Positions 13,328-24,881 of a DNA stretch of 64,000 nt are shown piece after piece. The DNA is from Lepidodermella squamata (Eukaryota; Animalia; Gastrotricha): NCBI GenBank assembly GCA_047495785.1, contig JBLDXI010000002.1, positions 682,001-746,000 on the forward strand, in the 5' to 3' direction. Both the position numbers and the translations under genes were made by a program. Below the pieces are notes generated by a model. The model was given only the letters and a program-made list of their open reading frames with translations. It was not told the origin of the DNA and made no database searches. Within the stretch, counting starts at the first letter, position 1. Each line of letters begins with the position of its first letter.

Positions 13328-14486
13328 TCACTTTGGCCCTGAGCGCTTGCCTCGGCGAATCAAAAGAACCAGAACGCCTCGGAAAATTGCCGTAGCATCG
13401 ATGAAGAGGTGTAAGGCGTGGCTGAAATAGCAAGAAAAATATTTTGAAAAATTGAAAAAATTGAATTTTTTTTAAAATTTACGCGACGAAATCTTCATCG
13501 CCCATGAGGCGTTTTACGACGATAGCCTGGGTAGCGTAGATGACCAGGCCGCAGAAAATCAGGAGGCCGAAGAAAATTTCGAGGCCGAAAAAATAGGTCG
13601 ATTCGAAAAGCATTGAAATCACGCTGGCTACGGTTAGGTAAAGCAGGCCTGAGATGCAGATGCCACCGAATTGCAGGTAACAACCGACCGGGGCGAAAAG
13701 CGAGGCAAGGGTGAATCCACCGAAAACAACAGCTATAATAAAAAATATAAAAATAAAATAAAATAACAATGAAACAAATAGAAAAAATCTAATTCTGTGA
13801 AAAATGAAAAATTTCGAAAAAATCCATTATGAAAAATTGGAAATTATTTTGAAATTTTGAAATTTCTTCAATTGCACAACGTTAAAATTAAAAATTAAAA
13901 ATGCCAAATTTACTTACACTCAATTAAATCAAAAAATTTAAAAAATTTAAATTTTGTGAACATTTCGTGTTTTTCTTTTAAATTTGAAATTTTGGGCAAT
14001 TTTCAATTTTAATTTATGTTAAATAATAAATAAGACTTGATAACGCAAACCTGTAATCATCATCGCCGTCATGATGGTTGTTTCTTTGATTGTGAAGCCA
14101 ACCGTGACCAGGGGCCCGAGGGAGGCTCCAAATAGGAACCCAGCCAAGAGTAGGGTAACAAAGCGCTGGCGCACAGTCGATGGAGAAATTTGCGCGGACA
14201 TGACCCAGATTGCCATTAGGATGGAGCAGAGAGCGGCGAGGAAGGCCGTCGAGGCGCTGAATTGCCGGTCGTAGGACACGGCGCCGCCGAAACTGGCGGC
14301 TGTTAGCGCCATTGTAAGTGTGGTGTAAACATTCAGCAAATGAGTCCGAACAGTCTCGCGCCTAAAATGTTGACAAATAAATTGTAAAATTATATAAAAA
14401 TTAATACAATAAAATAAATGATTTTACTGAGTTGGATCAGCTTCGGCAAGAAGTTCCGTAGCACGCTCTGTCAATAAATTTTCCAT
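13328..14486 (-). CDS. TMBIM6: Bax inhibitor-1 / TMBIM6-family membrane protein (exons 14486-14428, 14361-14051, 13732-13483, 13421-13328)
   Basis: HLLNVYTTL, GASLGPL, TAVVFGGFTLASLFA, GLLIFCGLVIYATQ and GDEDFVAHALHLFID match BI-1 family motifs. All three introns are GT-AG and frame-consistent. Confidence 0.85.
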
Positions 14487-15189
14487 CTTGGAGTGGAGCA
14501 GGAAGTAGGATACGGAGTAACTCTTTCAAAAATGCTTTGAAAATGTTAGGTTTCACTGTTTGAGAAAATTATCAAATGGCTCTCTGGTTTGATGTAGGGC
14601 GGCGTCATCTTGCGAATTTGTCACGTGGAAAAATGGCCGTAATGGGGTTGCGTATAGCATTTACATAGTGAGTTGTTTATTCTTAATAATTAACCCATGT
14701 TATCTCGCTCAGTTTTATCAGTATTCTTATCAGGATACCTCTGCCATTACCCTATAATAGGCAATAACAAAAAATCTTTGGGTACTAATCGATCAGTTTT
14801 TCTTTCGTTTCATCGATGCATCTAAACAAAACGATAAATACAATTCACAATCGTATCGCTCAGGATATGATTGATAAGCCTTGATTTGTTTACTTCGAAA
14901 ATATGCTGGCTTGATTGACTGATCTTTTCTTATTATTACTACCATTAATAATCTATACTGAGTGTTAGCAGCGGGTTATTTTGATGTTCCCGAATTGTTA
15001 ACCAAATTATCCCAACTCAAGACGTTTTATCAAAAAGGACTTCAATCAATAAAAGAAAGTGACACTACGAAATATTCTGGAAATTACTAGAGGATTGCAT
15101 CATTTCGAAAGAGGTTTTTGTAGTTCACGCTAGAAGAGACTATAAACGCTGGACTAAAAAAAATCTGAAATTTTTCGAAATTCCATAAT

Positions 15190-16573
15190 TCAATTGCGCA
15201 TTGGATCAAAACGAGTGATGTTGTAGTTTCCAGGATTCGAATAATCGACCTGGACGCTGTACTTTGTTTCAAAGCCGTTAGGATACGACCATTGGCCAAT
15301 TAAAACAGGCTCAAAATCGAGCTCGCCTCGTTTCGAGTATCGCTGCATGCCAGCTCTCAGGCTGTTGAACTCAATCGAACCGGCTATTTCGTTCAAAAAT
15401 GCGTTTTTATCCCCGATTTTGTCATTAGACCAATAATCTTTCAGCGTCGAGTTGAAGCGCGATTTCAGCATCTCTTCAGTCTTGTTCAGGGTCAAAATGG
15501 CTTGCAAAGCTGTATCATGGCAAAGATGCCGCATGCTGTAGTCGGCATTTCGAGCATTATCCGTCGCTTTGTCGAATTTTTCTTCAAAGCCAACCAAATC
15601 ATACCCCAGGGTTGTGTTGCCAAAGTTTCGTATCGCATAAGTCAGCTGACCAGCGAAAATTGTTGCCTTTAGCTGTTCGATGTAGATTTCTCGGGAGCAA
15701 CCAGTCGAGTAGATCACTTCCTGAGGTAGCGAGAAAGGCTCAGAGAATGCCGTTGTCATAGCGAAGAAAGTGAAATTGTTAGCTGCTGTGACGTTAGCTT
15801 TGAAAGCTAGGCACAAAAATTCGATAAGGTCTCGGTACGAAGATGTCGCAATTACGAAAATCTTAACGAAACGAGCAAGCCAAATATTTATGATTTATGG
15901 CATAATGTATAGGGGAGAATTTTACCTGGGCGTCGTTTGAGTCAGCTATATCGTGGCTGTCTACATAACCCATCGTCGCTCTCGACCAAGCAAACTTGAT
16001 GCCGGCGGCTTGAAAGCCCTGAGAAGCTCTGTCGAACGACACGACATCGTTCCAACTTCCATAGAGTCCGACTTTCTTATTGGTGGACGGCATAAGTTGT
16101 TTTATGTAAGCTATCCACCCGTGAACTGCATTGTTCGATGTCGGCCGATTACGCCACAAATTTGGGTAATTGCGTCGGTTGTCGAGAAAGATCGGATTAG
16201 TGCAACTTGCGATTCTTATCGCGTAAATGGATGTCAACATCGGGAACAGAACCTTGCATCCAATCGTAGAAGACGGCCCTATCATGACGGGTGCTTTTGT
16301 TGCCGACAATTTATCAGTATCAAAAAAACTTAAGGCAGCTCGCATGGCTGGAATACTAACGGCCAAATCGTTTTGAACGTTAAATGTGACATTGTAATTC
16401 GCGAGAATATCGCTTCGGTCGTTTGCTTCTCGTGCGACGATGTTTGCGGCTTCAATGCAACTCCAGCCACCTGTAAAGTAAATCATATGCAGTACCTCCA
16501 GATCCATTGGCTTTCTTGTTTGCTGACTCAATGCGTAGCAAACGCTGGAGAGAACAAGCAAAACCCTATACAT
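15190..16573 (-). CDS. Secreted GABA-B-like Venus flytrap (type-1 PBP fold) protein, copy a (exons 16573-15926, 15861-15190; ~439 aa)
   Basis: Signal peptide. AN.RSDIL.NYNV, P.FLDNRRNYPNLWRN.P and LCHDTALQAILTLNKT parallel the GABA-B ectodomain motifs. Ends MRN* with no TM. Confidence 0.8.
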
Positions 16574-16664
16574 GTTGATCTCGAGCAAGTTCCTTTTTAC
16601 GGCTATATAATAATGAGTAACAAACAGCTTTCTTTTATTCCTAAAAATTATTACGTCATAAGAC

Positions 16665-16675
16665 GGATGATTGCG
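16665..16675 (-). promoter_or_regulatory. Conserved upstream motif (plus-strand GGATGATTGCG) of Venus flytrap genes; also at 19492, 21938 and 28081
   Basis: Identical 11-mer 92-106 bp upstream of the ATG in four paralogs. Function is inferred only. Confidence 0.4.
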
Positions 16676-17241
16676 GCTAAAACGTGGGTACCTTCATGTC
16701 GAGCGTACAGCGTATTGGATGACAAAACCTCACAGGGTTAATCTGATCAGTTAGATAGTGCATGTTGTAGTTAGTATATAAGTGCCGTTCTGAAGCTAGC
16801 AGCTTGAAGTATTGTCGAAGCATTATCGTAATATAACAAGATCCTAGTCTTTTATATCGAAAAATCGAATACACCCTGATTAGGAATCAGCGGCAGCTTT
16901 GATCCGAACACGCTGTAGTGTTCGCTGGAGAAATTTCACTTCCATCTTCCGCTGTTTGCTTGCTGTGTTTGACAATGGTGTAAAAATGGTTCCTTTTTAA
17001 ATATTTCCTAATATGTAATGATCCGACCGATACTCAATTTTTATATATTTTTTTACTATAGAAGGATTATTTTTTAGTTTTTAGAAGTCATTTATCGTTG
17101 AATTTTCGATGTTGTAGACGAGGGAATTCGACATATGTTTGATCGCCAGTATTTCTGTGCATCTAAAGCACTACGCCTTCTGTTACTATTCTAGAGGCCA
17201 TTCATTATACCGTCCACCAACTCTGGCCAACAATTTAATAG

Positions 17242-17790
17242 CGTTGTTCGGGCCCGAGCCCGATTTCGGCCCGCTGTTATTCTCGTTTACAAATAAAGAC
17301 AAGAATACTTAGTGGAAAGTGGAAAGCTTCTCGATTCCGCTCCTTATACCCATACGCGTCCGGGCCGGCCCGTATGCTGTCGGGTAACAGCAGTTTACCA
17401 CTCCGCGCTCGGGCCGGCATAACGTGCCCGTATGCGACATTTACTGCAAATTTATCGAATTTCAACGAAATGTGCTCCACTGCAGATAACAGGAATCAGC
17501 GCTATATTTCAGCGCCGTGCCGTGCCGGGCTGGGACTTGATGAAGTTATCGGGGACTGAATTAGTTGTAGAATGACCCGAGCCGGCGACCCAAGCCCGGC
17601 GGCCCGAGTGCGGCGCTGAACAATAGAGCTGATTCCCGTTGTTCTCGCCGTTGTGGAGCGGGATTCTTTCGAATTTACAGTAAACGTCGCATACGGGCAT
17701 GTTTTAAAGTGGCCCGAGCGCGAAGCGACGAACTGCGTACGGGCCGGCCGGAGTGCGTATGGGCCGAATTCGGACTCCTGCCCTAACAGC
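17242..17790. repeat. Degenerate GC-rich long inverted repeat (foldback element)
   Basis: CCCATACGCGTCCGGGCCGGCCCGTATGC (~17349) pairs with GCGTACGGGCCGGCCGGAGTGCGTATGGG (~17735-17763). GCCCGTATGCGACATTTACTG pairs with CAGTAAACGTCGCATACGGGC. The outer ends 17242-17272 and 17761-17790 also pair. Confidence 0.75.
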
Positions 17791-18009
17791 GTGCTTATAA
17801 TTAAATTGATAGAGGCATTCATAGAGTTCATGATATGAGGCACCGCAGCTAATAATAAGAATCAAATCCAATGCTCTGCGCAAGATAACAAATTATCCAC
17901 TAATTTTTGGCAGATTGCAAACTTTCTAACAAAGCTCAAATTCATATCAGAGAAGTCAATAGTTTATATACATGAACATCAGTAACGCCGAATGGATGTA
18001 GCCTCGAAT

Positions 18010-19395
18010 TCAATTGCGCATTGAACCATAACTAGTGATGTTGTAGTTTCCAGGATTCGAATAATCGACCTGAACGCTGTACTTCAATTCGAAACCGTTA
18101 GGATACGACCATTGGCCAATTAAAACAGGCTCAAAATCGAGCTCGCCTCGTTTCGAGTATCGCTGCATGCCAGCTCTCAGGCTGTTGAACTCAATCGAAC
18201 CGGCTATTTCGTTCAAAAATGCGTTTTTATCCCCGATTTTGTCATTAGACCAATAATCTTTCAGCGTCGAGTTGAAGCGCGATTTCAGCATCTCTTCAGT
18301 CTTGTTCAGGGTCAAAATTGCCTGCAAAGCTGTATCATGGCAAAGATGCCGCATGTAGTAGGGGGGAATCCGAGTATTATTCATTGCGTTGTCAAATTTT
18401 TCTTCGAAACCAACCAAATCGTAGCCTAAGGCTGTCTTGCCAAAGTTTCGAATCGCAGAAGTTGACAGGCCAGCGAAAATTGTTGCCTTCAACTGCTCGA
18501 TATAGATTTCTCGGGAGCAACCAGTCGAGTAGATCACTTCCTGAGGTAGCGAGAAAGGCTCAGAGAATGCCGTTGTCATAGCGAAGAAAGTGAAATTGTT
18601 AGCTGCTGTGACGTTAGCTTTGAAAGATTGGCAGAAAAATTCGATAAGGTCTCGGTACGAAGATGTCGCAATTACGAAAATCTTAATGAAAAGAGCAAGG
18701 CACATATTTATACTATACAGTCCGGGAGAATTTACCTGCGTGCCGTTGGAATCAGCGATTTCCTGACTGTTAATGTAACCTATCGACAATTTTGACCAAG
18801 CAAACTTGAAGCCGGCGGCTTGAAGGCCCTGAGAAGCTCTGTCGAACGTCACTACATCGTTGGAGCTTCCATAGAGTCCGACTTTCTTATTGGTGGACGG
18901 CATAAGTTGTTTCATGTAAGCTATCCATCCGTGAACTGCAAAATTCGATGTCGGCACGTTACGCCACAAATTCGGGTAATTGCGCCGGTTGTCAAGAAAG
19001 ATCGGATTAGTGCAACTTGCGATTGTTATCGCGTACATCGATGGCAACATCGGGGACACACCCTTGCAACCAGTCGAATAAGACGGCCCTATCATGACGG
19101 GAGCTTTTGCTGCCGAAAGTTTCTCATCGAAAAATCGAAGGACCGCTTGGATGGCTCGATTGCTACCGATACCTTCGTCTTGAAAATCAAAGGTGACATT
19201 GTAATTCGCGAGAATATCGCTTCGGTCGTTTGCTTCTCGTGCGACGATGTTTGCGGCTTCAAGGCAACTCCGACCACCGTAAGGTACGCTGCCTGTAAAT
19301 TGAATCAGATACAGTACCTGCAGATCTATTGGCTTTCTTGTTTGCTGACTCGATGAGTAGCAAATGCTGAATAGAACAAGCAGAAACCGATACAT
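18010..19395 (-). CDS. Secreted GABA-B-like Venus flytrap protein, copy b (exons 19395-18736, 18681-18010; ~443 aa)
   Basis: Close paralog of copy a. A 54-bp GT-AG intron lies at the homologous site, and the ORF track reads through it. Ends SMRN*. Confidence 0.8.
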   Translation of the reverse strand: MYRFLLVLFSICYSSSQQTRKPIDLQVLYLIQFTGSVPYGGRSCLEAANIVAREANDRSDILANYNVTFDFQDEGIGSNRAIQAVLRFFDEKLSAAKAPVMIGPSYSTGCKGVSPMLPSMYAITIASCTNPIFLDNRRNYPNLWRNVPTSNFAVHGWIAYMKQLMPSTNKKVGLYGSSNDVVTFDRASQGLQAAGFKFAWSKLSIGYINSQEIADSNGTQVNSPGLYSINMCLALFIKIFVIATSSYRDLIEFFCQSFKANVTAANNFTFFAMTTAFSEPFSLPQEVIYSTGCSREIYIEQLKATIFAGLSTSAIRNFGKTALGYDLVGFEEKFDNAMNNTRIPPYYMRHLCHDTALQAILTLNKTEEMLKSRFNSTLKDYWSNDKIGDKNAFLNEIAGSIEFNSLRAGMQRYSKRGELDFEPVLIGQWSYPNGFELKYSVQVDYSNPGNYNITSYGSMRN

Positions 19396-20183
19396 GTTGA
19401 TCTCAAGCAAGTTTCTTTTAAGGCTATATAATAACGAGTAACAAACAGCTTTTCCTTTTATTCCCGAAATGTACTTATTACTTTATAAGACGGATGATTG
19501 CGGCTTAAACACAGGTACCTTCATGTCGAGCGTACAGTGTATTGGATGACAAAACATTGCAAGGATTATCTGATAAGATTTAGATGATTTAGATGATTTA
19601 GATGATTTAGTTGCAGAAGTGCCGTTTTGAAGACAGCAGCTCGAAGTATCGTCCAAGCATTCTCGAAGATACTTCATACAGTCTGGCGATAATTAGCCTG
19701 TTGCCTGATGTTCTTTTCCGATAGTGGATCCTATGCTTGATACTATTGACCGTGTTCATTCCGTCAAGATAATGAACATAAATGAGTCGGGTGTCAGAAA
19801 TCGGTCAGATATCGGTTGCCCTGTAGACATCTATCCATGGCTACGACTCGTATTGGCCAGCTGCCATCCTGCTCGGCCGTAGCTGCTGATCGAAGATATA
19901 ATTACGTTGCAACTAGAAAATATAGCCAATCAGCCAACAAAATGCAAGGCTCTCGCCAGGCTTTCCCAGTTCGATTAGTCACATTAAAATCATCATTATT
20001 ATCCGGAAATTATCCGGAAATTCTTAAAAGAGTTATTTTCCTTTATTTACTTATAAGCATAATATCAGCGCACATATAGCATAAATAGGACTGACTAGAT
20101 AGGAAACTTGACATGGAATAACCTGTAAAATAAGCTCAGAACAGTTTATAGTTTTTTCATTAAAATCAGTCACGTACGCGAGT

Positions 20184-21839
20184 TCATTTGCGCAGTGGAA
20201 CCAAACGAGAGATGTTGTAGGTTCCAGGATTCGCAGCATCGAATGCAACGCTGTACTTCGTTTCAAAACCGTTGGGATACGACCATTGGCTGATCAAAAC
20301 AGGCTCAAAATCGAGCTCGCCTCGTTTCGAGTATCGCTGCATGCCAGCTCTCAGGCTATTGAACTCAATCAAACCGGCTATTTCGTTCAAAAACGCGTTC
20401 TTATCCCCGATTTTCTCATTCGACCAATAATCTTTCAAGGTCAAGTTGAATCGCGATTTCAGCATCTCCTCAGTCTTGTTCAGCGTCAAAATAGCCTGTA
20501 ACGCCGTGTCATGGCAAAGATGCCGCATGCTGTAGTCGGCATTTCGAGCATTATTCATAGCATTGTCGAATTTTTCTTCGAAGCCAGCCAAATCATATCC
20601 TATGGCTGTCTTGCCGAAGTTTCGAATCGCAGAAGTTGACTGGCCAGCGAAAATTGTTGCCTTCAACTGCTCGATGTATATTTCTCGGGAGCAACCAGTG
20701 AGGAAGATTTCTTGGGGCAACGCGAATGGTTCGATAAATGCAATTGGCATTGCAAAGAAAGTGAAATTATTAGCCGCTGTGAAGTTCACTTTGTAAGCTT
20801 GGCACAAAAAGTCGGCAAAGTCTCGGAATGAATATGTTGCAATCACGAAAATCTGAATGAGCAAAGCAAGTGAATGAGCAAGTCAAACACATTCATGCAA
20901 TTTAGTCCGTAACGAGAGGTGATTTAGGACATAAATGATTGTTTCCTTAGTCCCTTGTGCTCCACATTTCTCAACAATTGAAGCTAAAGTAGGAAAGCGA
21001 AATCGTATAAGATATACCGATAAATCAGCGTGCAGATTTTTTCAACTTAATTACCTGATTTCATACATAAGAGGATGATAGGCTTAGAAACCGAAATCTC
21101 TATCGTTCAACCCTGGAAAGTTGTTCCCCCGCGAACCATGAATTCCCAAGTTAACCCTTTCCACGATCACCCATAAATTTACCTCTGCTCCGTTGGAATC
21201 AGCTATATCTTGCGGTTCCAAGTTGCCCATCGACAACCTCGACCGGAGGAACGTCAACCCGGCAGCTTGAAAGCCCTGGTTGATTCTATCGTAAAGCAAC
21301 ATGTCGTTCGCACTCGCAAAAAGTGCAATTTTCTTATCGACAGATGGCATCAGATGCTTCAAGTACGCTATCCAGCCGTGAACTGCAGTATCCAATGTTG
21401 GCCGATTACGCCACAAATTAGGGTATTTGTGACGATTATCGAGAAAAGCTGGATTGACCACTGTCGAGATGGTGATCGCCTTAAAAGATGGCAGGATTGG
21501 AGAAAGAGCCTTGCAGCCAACTGTAAAAGATGACCCTGTCATTACGGGTGATTTTGTTGCCGAAATAACATCATCGAAAAATCTTGAGGCGGCTTGGACG
21601 GCACGCATTCCAACGGCACCTTCGTCTTGAAAATTAAACGTGACATTATAATTCGGAAGAAGATCGCTTCGGTTGTTGGCTAATTGCGCGACGATTCTGG
21701 CGGCTTCAAGGCAACTCCGGCCATCGTACGGCGCGTTACCTGTAAAGCCAATTAGATACAGAACTTGCAGATCTATTGGGTTTCTCGTTTGTTGATTGGA
21801 GTAGCTTATACTGGAGAGAACAAGTAGGGCCAGATACAT
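20184..21839 (-). CDS. Secreted GABA-B-like Venus flytrap protein, copy c (exons 21839-21183, 20852-20184)
   Basis: Same motifs and phase-0 intron position as copies a and b. Ends LRK*. Confidence 0.8.
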
Positions 21840-22749
21840 CCTCTTACACACAAGCTATTTTCCGTATCTATATCTAAATAAATAACTAATGACACTCAAC
21901 TCTGTTTTGATTTCGGAATTTAATTACTTTCTTAGCCGGATGATTGCGTCTCAAAATGTGCCTTAGAAACATTGCCGAATCGTACTGGTTCAGTTCGAAT
22001 TCATTAAGCCGCATGTCGAGGTTATCTAACCGTCATTACACTCCACCCTTGACCTGGTTGACTGCGAGGGGTGAATGCGAGACAGGACTGAGGAACCCAA
22101 TAGTGAAATCGAAGAAATCACAAGCAGTAAATTGAAATCGCAAGACAAATTTAGGAGCAATTCGACCCCAAAGATGCCAACTTCAACTCATGCCTCTCCA
22201 AAGTAAGATATCACAAGGGCGTCCCAAACATCAAAGGCGCGGCTAAACAACAGCCAATACTGCAAACATGGCAGTTAAGCGCGGACATTCCTTATAGTAT
22301 AACTTTCACCTATATGTTTTGATGTGACAAAACCTTTCAGGTATTCTTGGGTAAATTTCCATCTCTTTGGTGGAATTGCGCATAAATGACTGAATAATCT
22401 CTCGGCAGGTTCTATTTTTTTAAATTACTTTTTAATTTCGAACAAAAATTACAAAGTAGTTGCGCAGCTTCTGGGGCAAGCTGTTAATTGAAACGATAAA
22501 ATTTGCTTGTCTTCGATTTTTTTTATCTTTAGAGAAGTTCGCCATCAATGTAAGGAAACGATACATATATGAAATCATTCCAACACATTACTGCAACTTC
22601 CGTGCGACTGCAATTTTATGTTAATAATCTTAAATAATCTTAAAACTCTAAGCAGGCTTGCAAACAAGTGGTCATATTACATATCAAATGTCCATGATGG
22701 CAGAAAAACCAATCAGCCGAAAAAAATTGAATTGGAGGTGAATCCCGAA

Positions 22750-22840
22750 TTCAATTGCGCATTTAACCGCAACGAGTGATGTTGTAGTTTCTAGGAGTCG
22801 CAATATCGAATTCAACAGTGTATTTAACTTCGAATCCTTG
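22750..22840 (-). pseudogene. 3'-end remnant of a Venus flytrap paralog
   Basis: Translates as QGFEVKYTVEFDIATPRNYNITRCG*MRN*, homologous to the paralog C-termini. Confidence 0.7.
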
Positions 22841-22883
22841 ACGCAAAGACTGAAGACGTTGCTATAGACATAGAGATTGAGAA

Positions 22884-24881
22884 GGGTGGCTGAGCGAGCG
22901 TAGCAGAAAAGTGAGTTGCGCTGCAGAAATCGAAACAATGTAGCAAGAACGCGTGCGTAGTAGCACTTAAACGTAATCCGTCGCGCGTATGTCTAATGCG
23001 CTGCTTGAACGCGTGCTATGACGCAGTAGGCGGTGCGACGGTCGCAAAAATAACTGTGAACGTAGCAAATCGATCACAACTAAATTTGGTAAAAAGTTGC
23101 TTTATTATGGACGAAATTTTCCGTTCCGTTGAAGCTGATGAAAGCGATTATACTGGCGATTCTCAGGAATCGGAGGACGAAGTAGGTTCAAGCGATGTAG
23201 AAACTGGCGAAGAAGGCATTACTGACGAAGAATTACTGGAGTCTGCTCAGCCGAAGAAGCCAGCAGAAATTTGGTATCTGGAAAAGGAGTGCGATACGCA
23301 GGCTGAAGCCGATGATGTCTTGAAAATCCTTTTAGAAATTAATAGGATTCCTAACAAGAAGTGGCCACACGAACGCAAGGCCTACGATAACAACGACGGT
23401 GAATGCCACGATTACTACTGCCCATGTGGGGGCCGAGGTCGCGAGAAGACCGTTACTTGGCACGCCAAACTTCGCGAGGTGCGGCATCACGATAGTGTGA
23501 AGGTTTCGATCTATACCAACATGAAACCCCACACTGGGCTGGTCGAGGCTTGCCCGAATGCGTAATTAACAAGATCAAGGAGTTGAAAGCGACCAAAGGC
23601 ATCAAGAAACCTGGGCCAATGTGGACGGAATTAAATAGCCTCGTCAATCAACCTGAAATTATTGCCTACAAAATTAAGAAGAGCCAAGTGGCATGGGCGC
23701 TAAGGAGTCTTGAACCTGCTGGTCCAAGGCCGAATCGCTGGTGTCTACAAGATTTTGTTGATTTAGCGAAAAATCACGAGGCCATTTCTGAAACCGATCA
23801 TAAATCATTCCTTATTGGGTGCGTAGTTAATCCGCGAGTCGGAAAATCAAAGCAAGAATTCAGAGTTGTTTTCACCACGAAACAATTGCTGAGCATGGCT
23901 GGTCACGGTGGCCCACTGCATATAGATATCGACCTCGACTTTATATGATATACTTTGGAAATCCTGTATTGGTTATCGGAACCAACAATACTTTTCATCC
24001 TGTGGCGGTATCAGTCGTATCCGGTGAAACTTCGGATGACTACATCGACTTGCTGAGCACAGTTAAGACGAGCTACGAACGCGTTTTTGGTAAATTATTA
24101 TTTTATTTCGAATTTTTGTTGAATTTCAATCTTGAATTTATTACAGGTAATGAGATGCCGCCGCCGCCGTAAACTGTGAAACTCACCGAAAAAATGATGT
24201 ATGCCAGCACTCATTTTGTTGTTCTTGCTCGGTCTATGCCAAGGAGCATACGTGCTGCCACTCGCTGGGTATGTCAATCCACCTCAAAGTGGAGCCCATT
24301 CCGGCTACAGGCCGGCTCAAACAGCTGGTTGAAAAGAAGCGTAAGAGAGGTCGTCCGGCCGAGACGCGGTCTGATTTGAACCGGCAACCGTCTGAGGTTC
24401 AAGTCTATGTCGAGGTGGCGGTCGAACAGGTCGCAGCTGAGCCTCAACCAAAATCTCGTCGAGGTCGCAAGCCGGCGGCCGAAATCGAGGTGGCGGTCGA
24501 AGAAGTTGAAGCTGAGCCTGAACCAAAAACGCGTCGAGGTCGTAAACCTGCTGTCGAACAGGTCGAAGTAGAGCCTCAACCTAAACGCCGAGGTCGGATG
24601 CCCGCGGCTGAGCAAGTCGCGGTCGAGAGTAAAGAGTAAACCGAGTCGTGTTGTAGCCAAAAAATAACTAATTCAATTTTGTTTGAATAATTTAAATTGA
24701 TGTTTGAAATGACGTGTAATTAAAATGACTTGCTACGCTCACTCAGATTTTTGCTACGGTACTTCATATTTGCTACATAACACCGGGTGGTGCTACACTC
24801 GCACAGATTTTAAGCACTCGTCGCGCTTCTCCAAATTCTGCTACACTCACTCAGGTTTACGCAGCGCTCACCATTTAACTC
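22884..24881 (+). mobile_element. Degenerate, internally deleted Mutator-like (MULE) DNA transposon
   Basis: 9-bp direct repeat GATTGAGAA at 22875-22883 and 24882-24890. Frameshifted transposase pieces FRVVFTTKQLL..LHID..GNPVLVIGT..FHPVAVSVVSGET, a SWIM finger CSCSVYAKEHTCCH, and KRKRGRP. Imperfect TIRs built on GTAGCA/TGCTAC motifs. Confidence 0.85.

Noticed and set aside
13328-16573. VFT copy a splicing into the downstream multi-TM gene to form a receptor
   Set aside because: The VFT stop is conserved across paralogs, and the TM gene is a complete BI-1 with its own ATG exon, not a class C 7TM.
19575-19612. (GATTTAGAT)x4 repeat and the ORF containing SSKSSK
   Set aside because: Simple intergenic minisatellite with no coding support.
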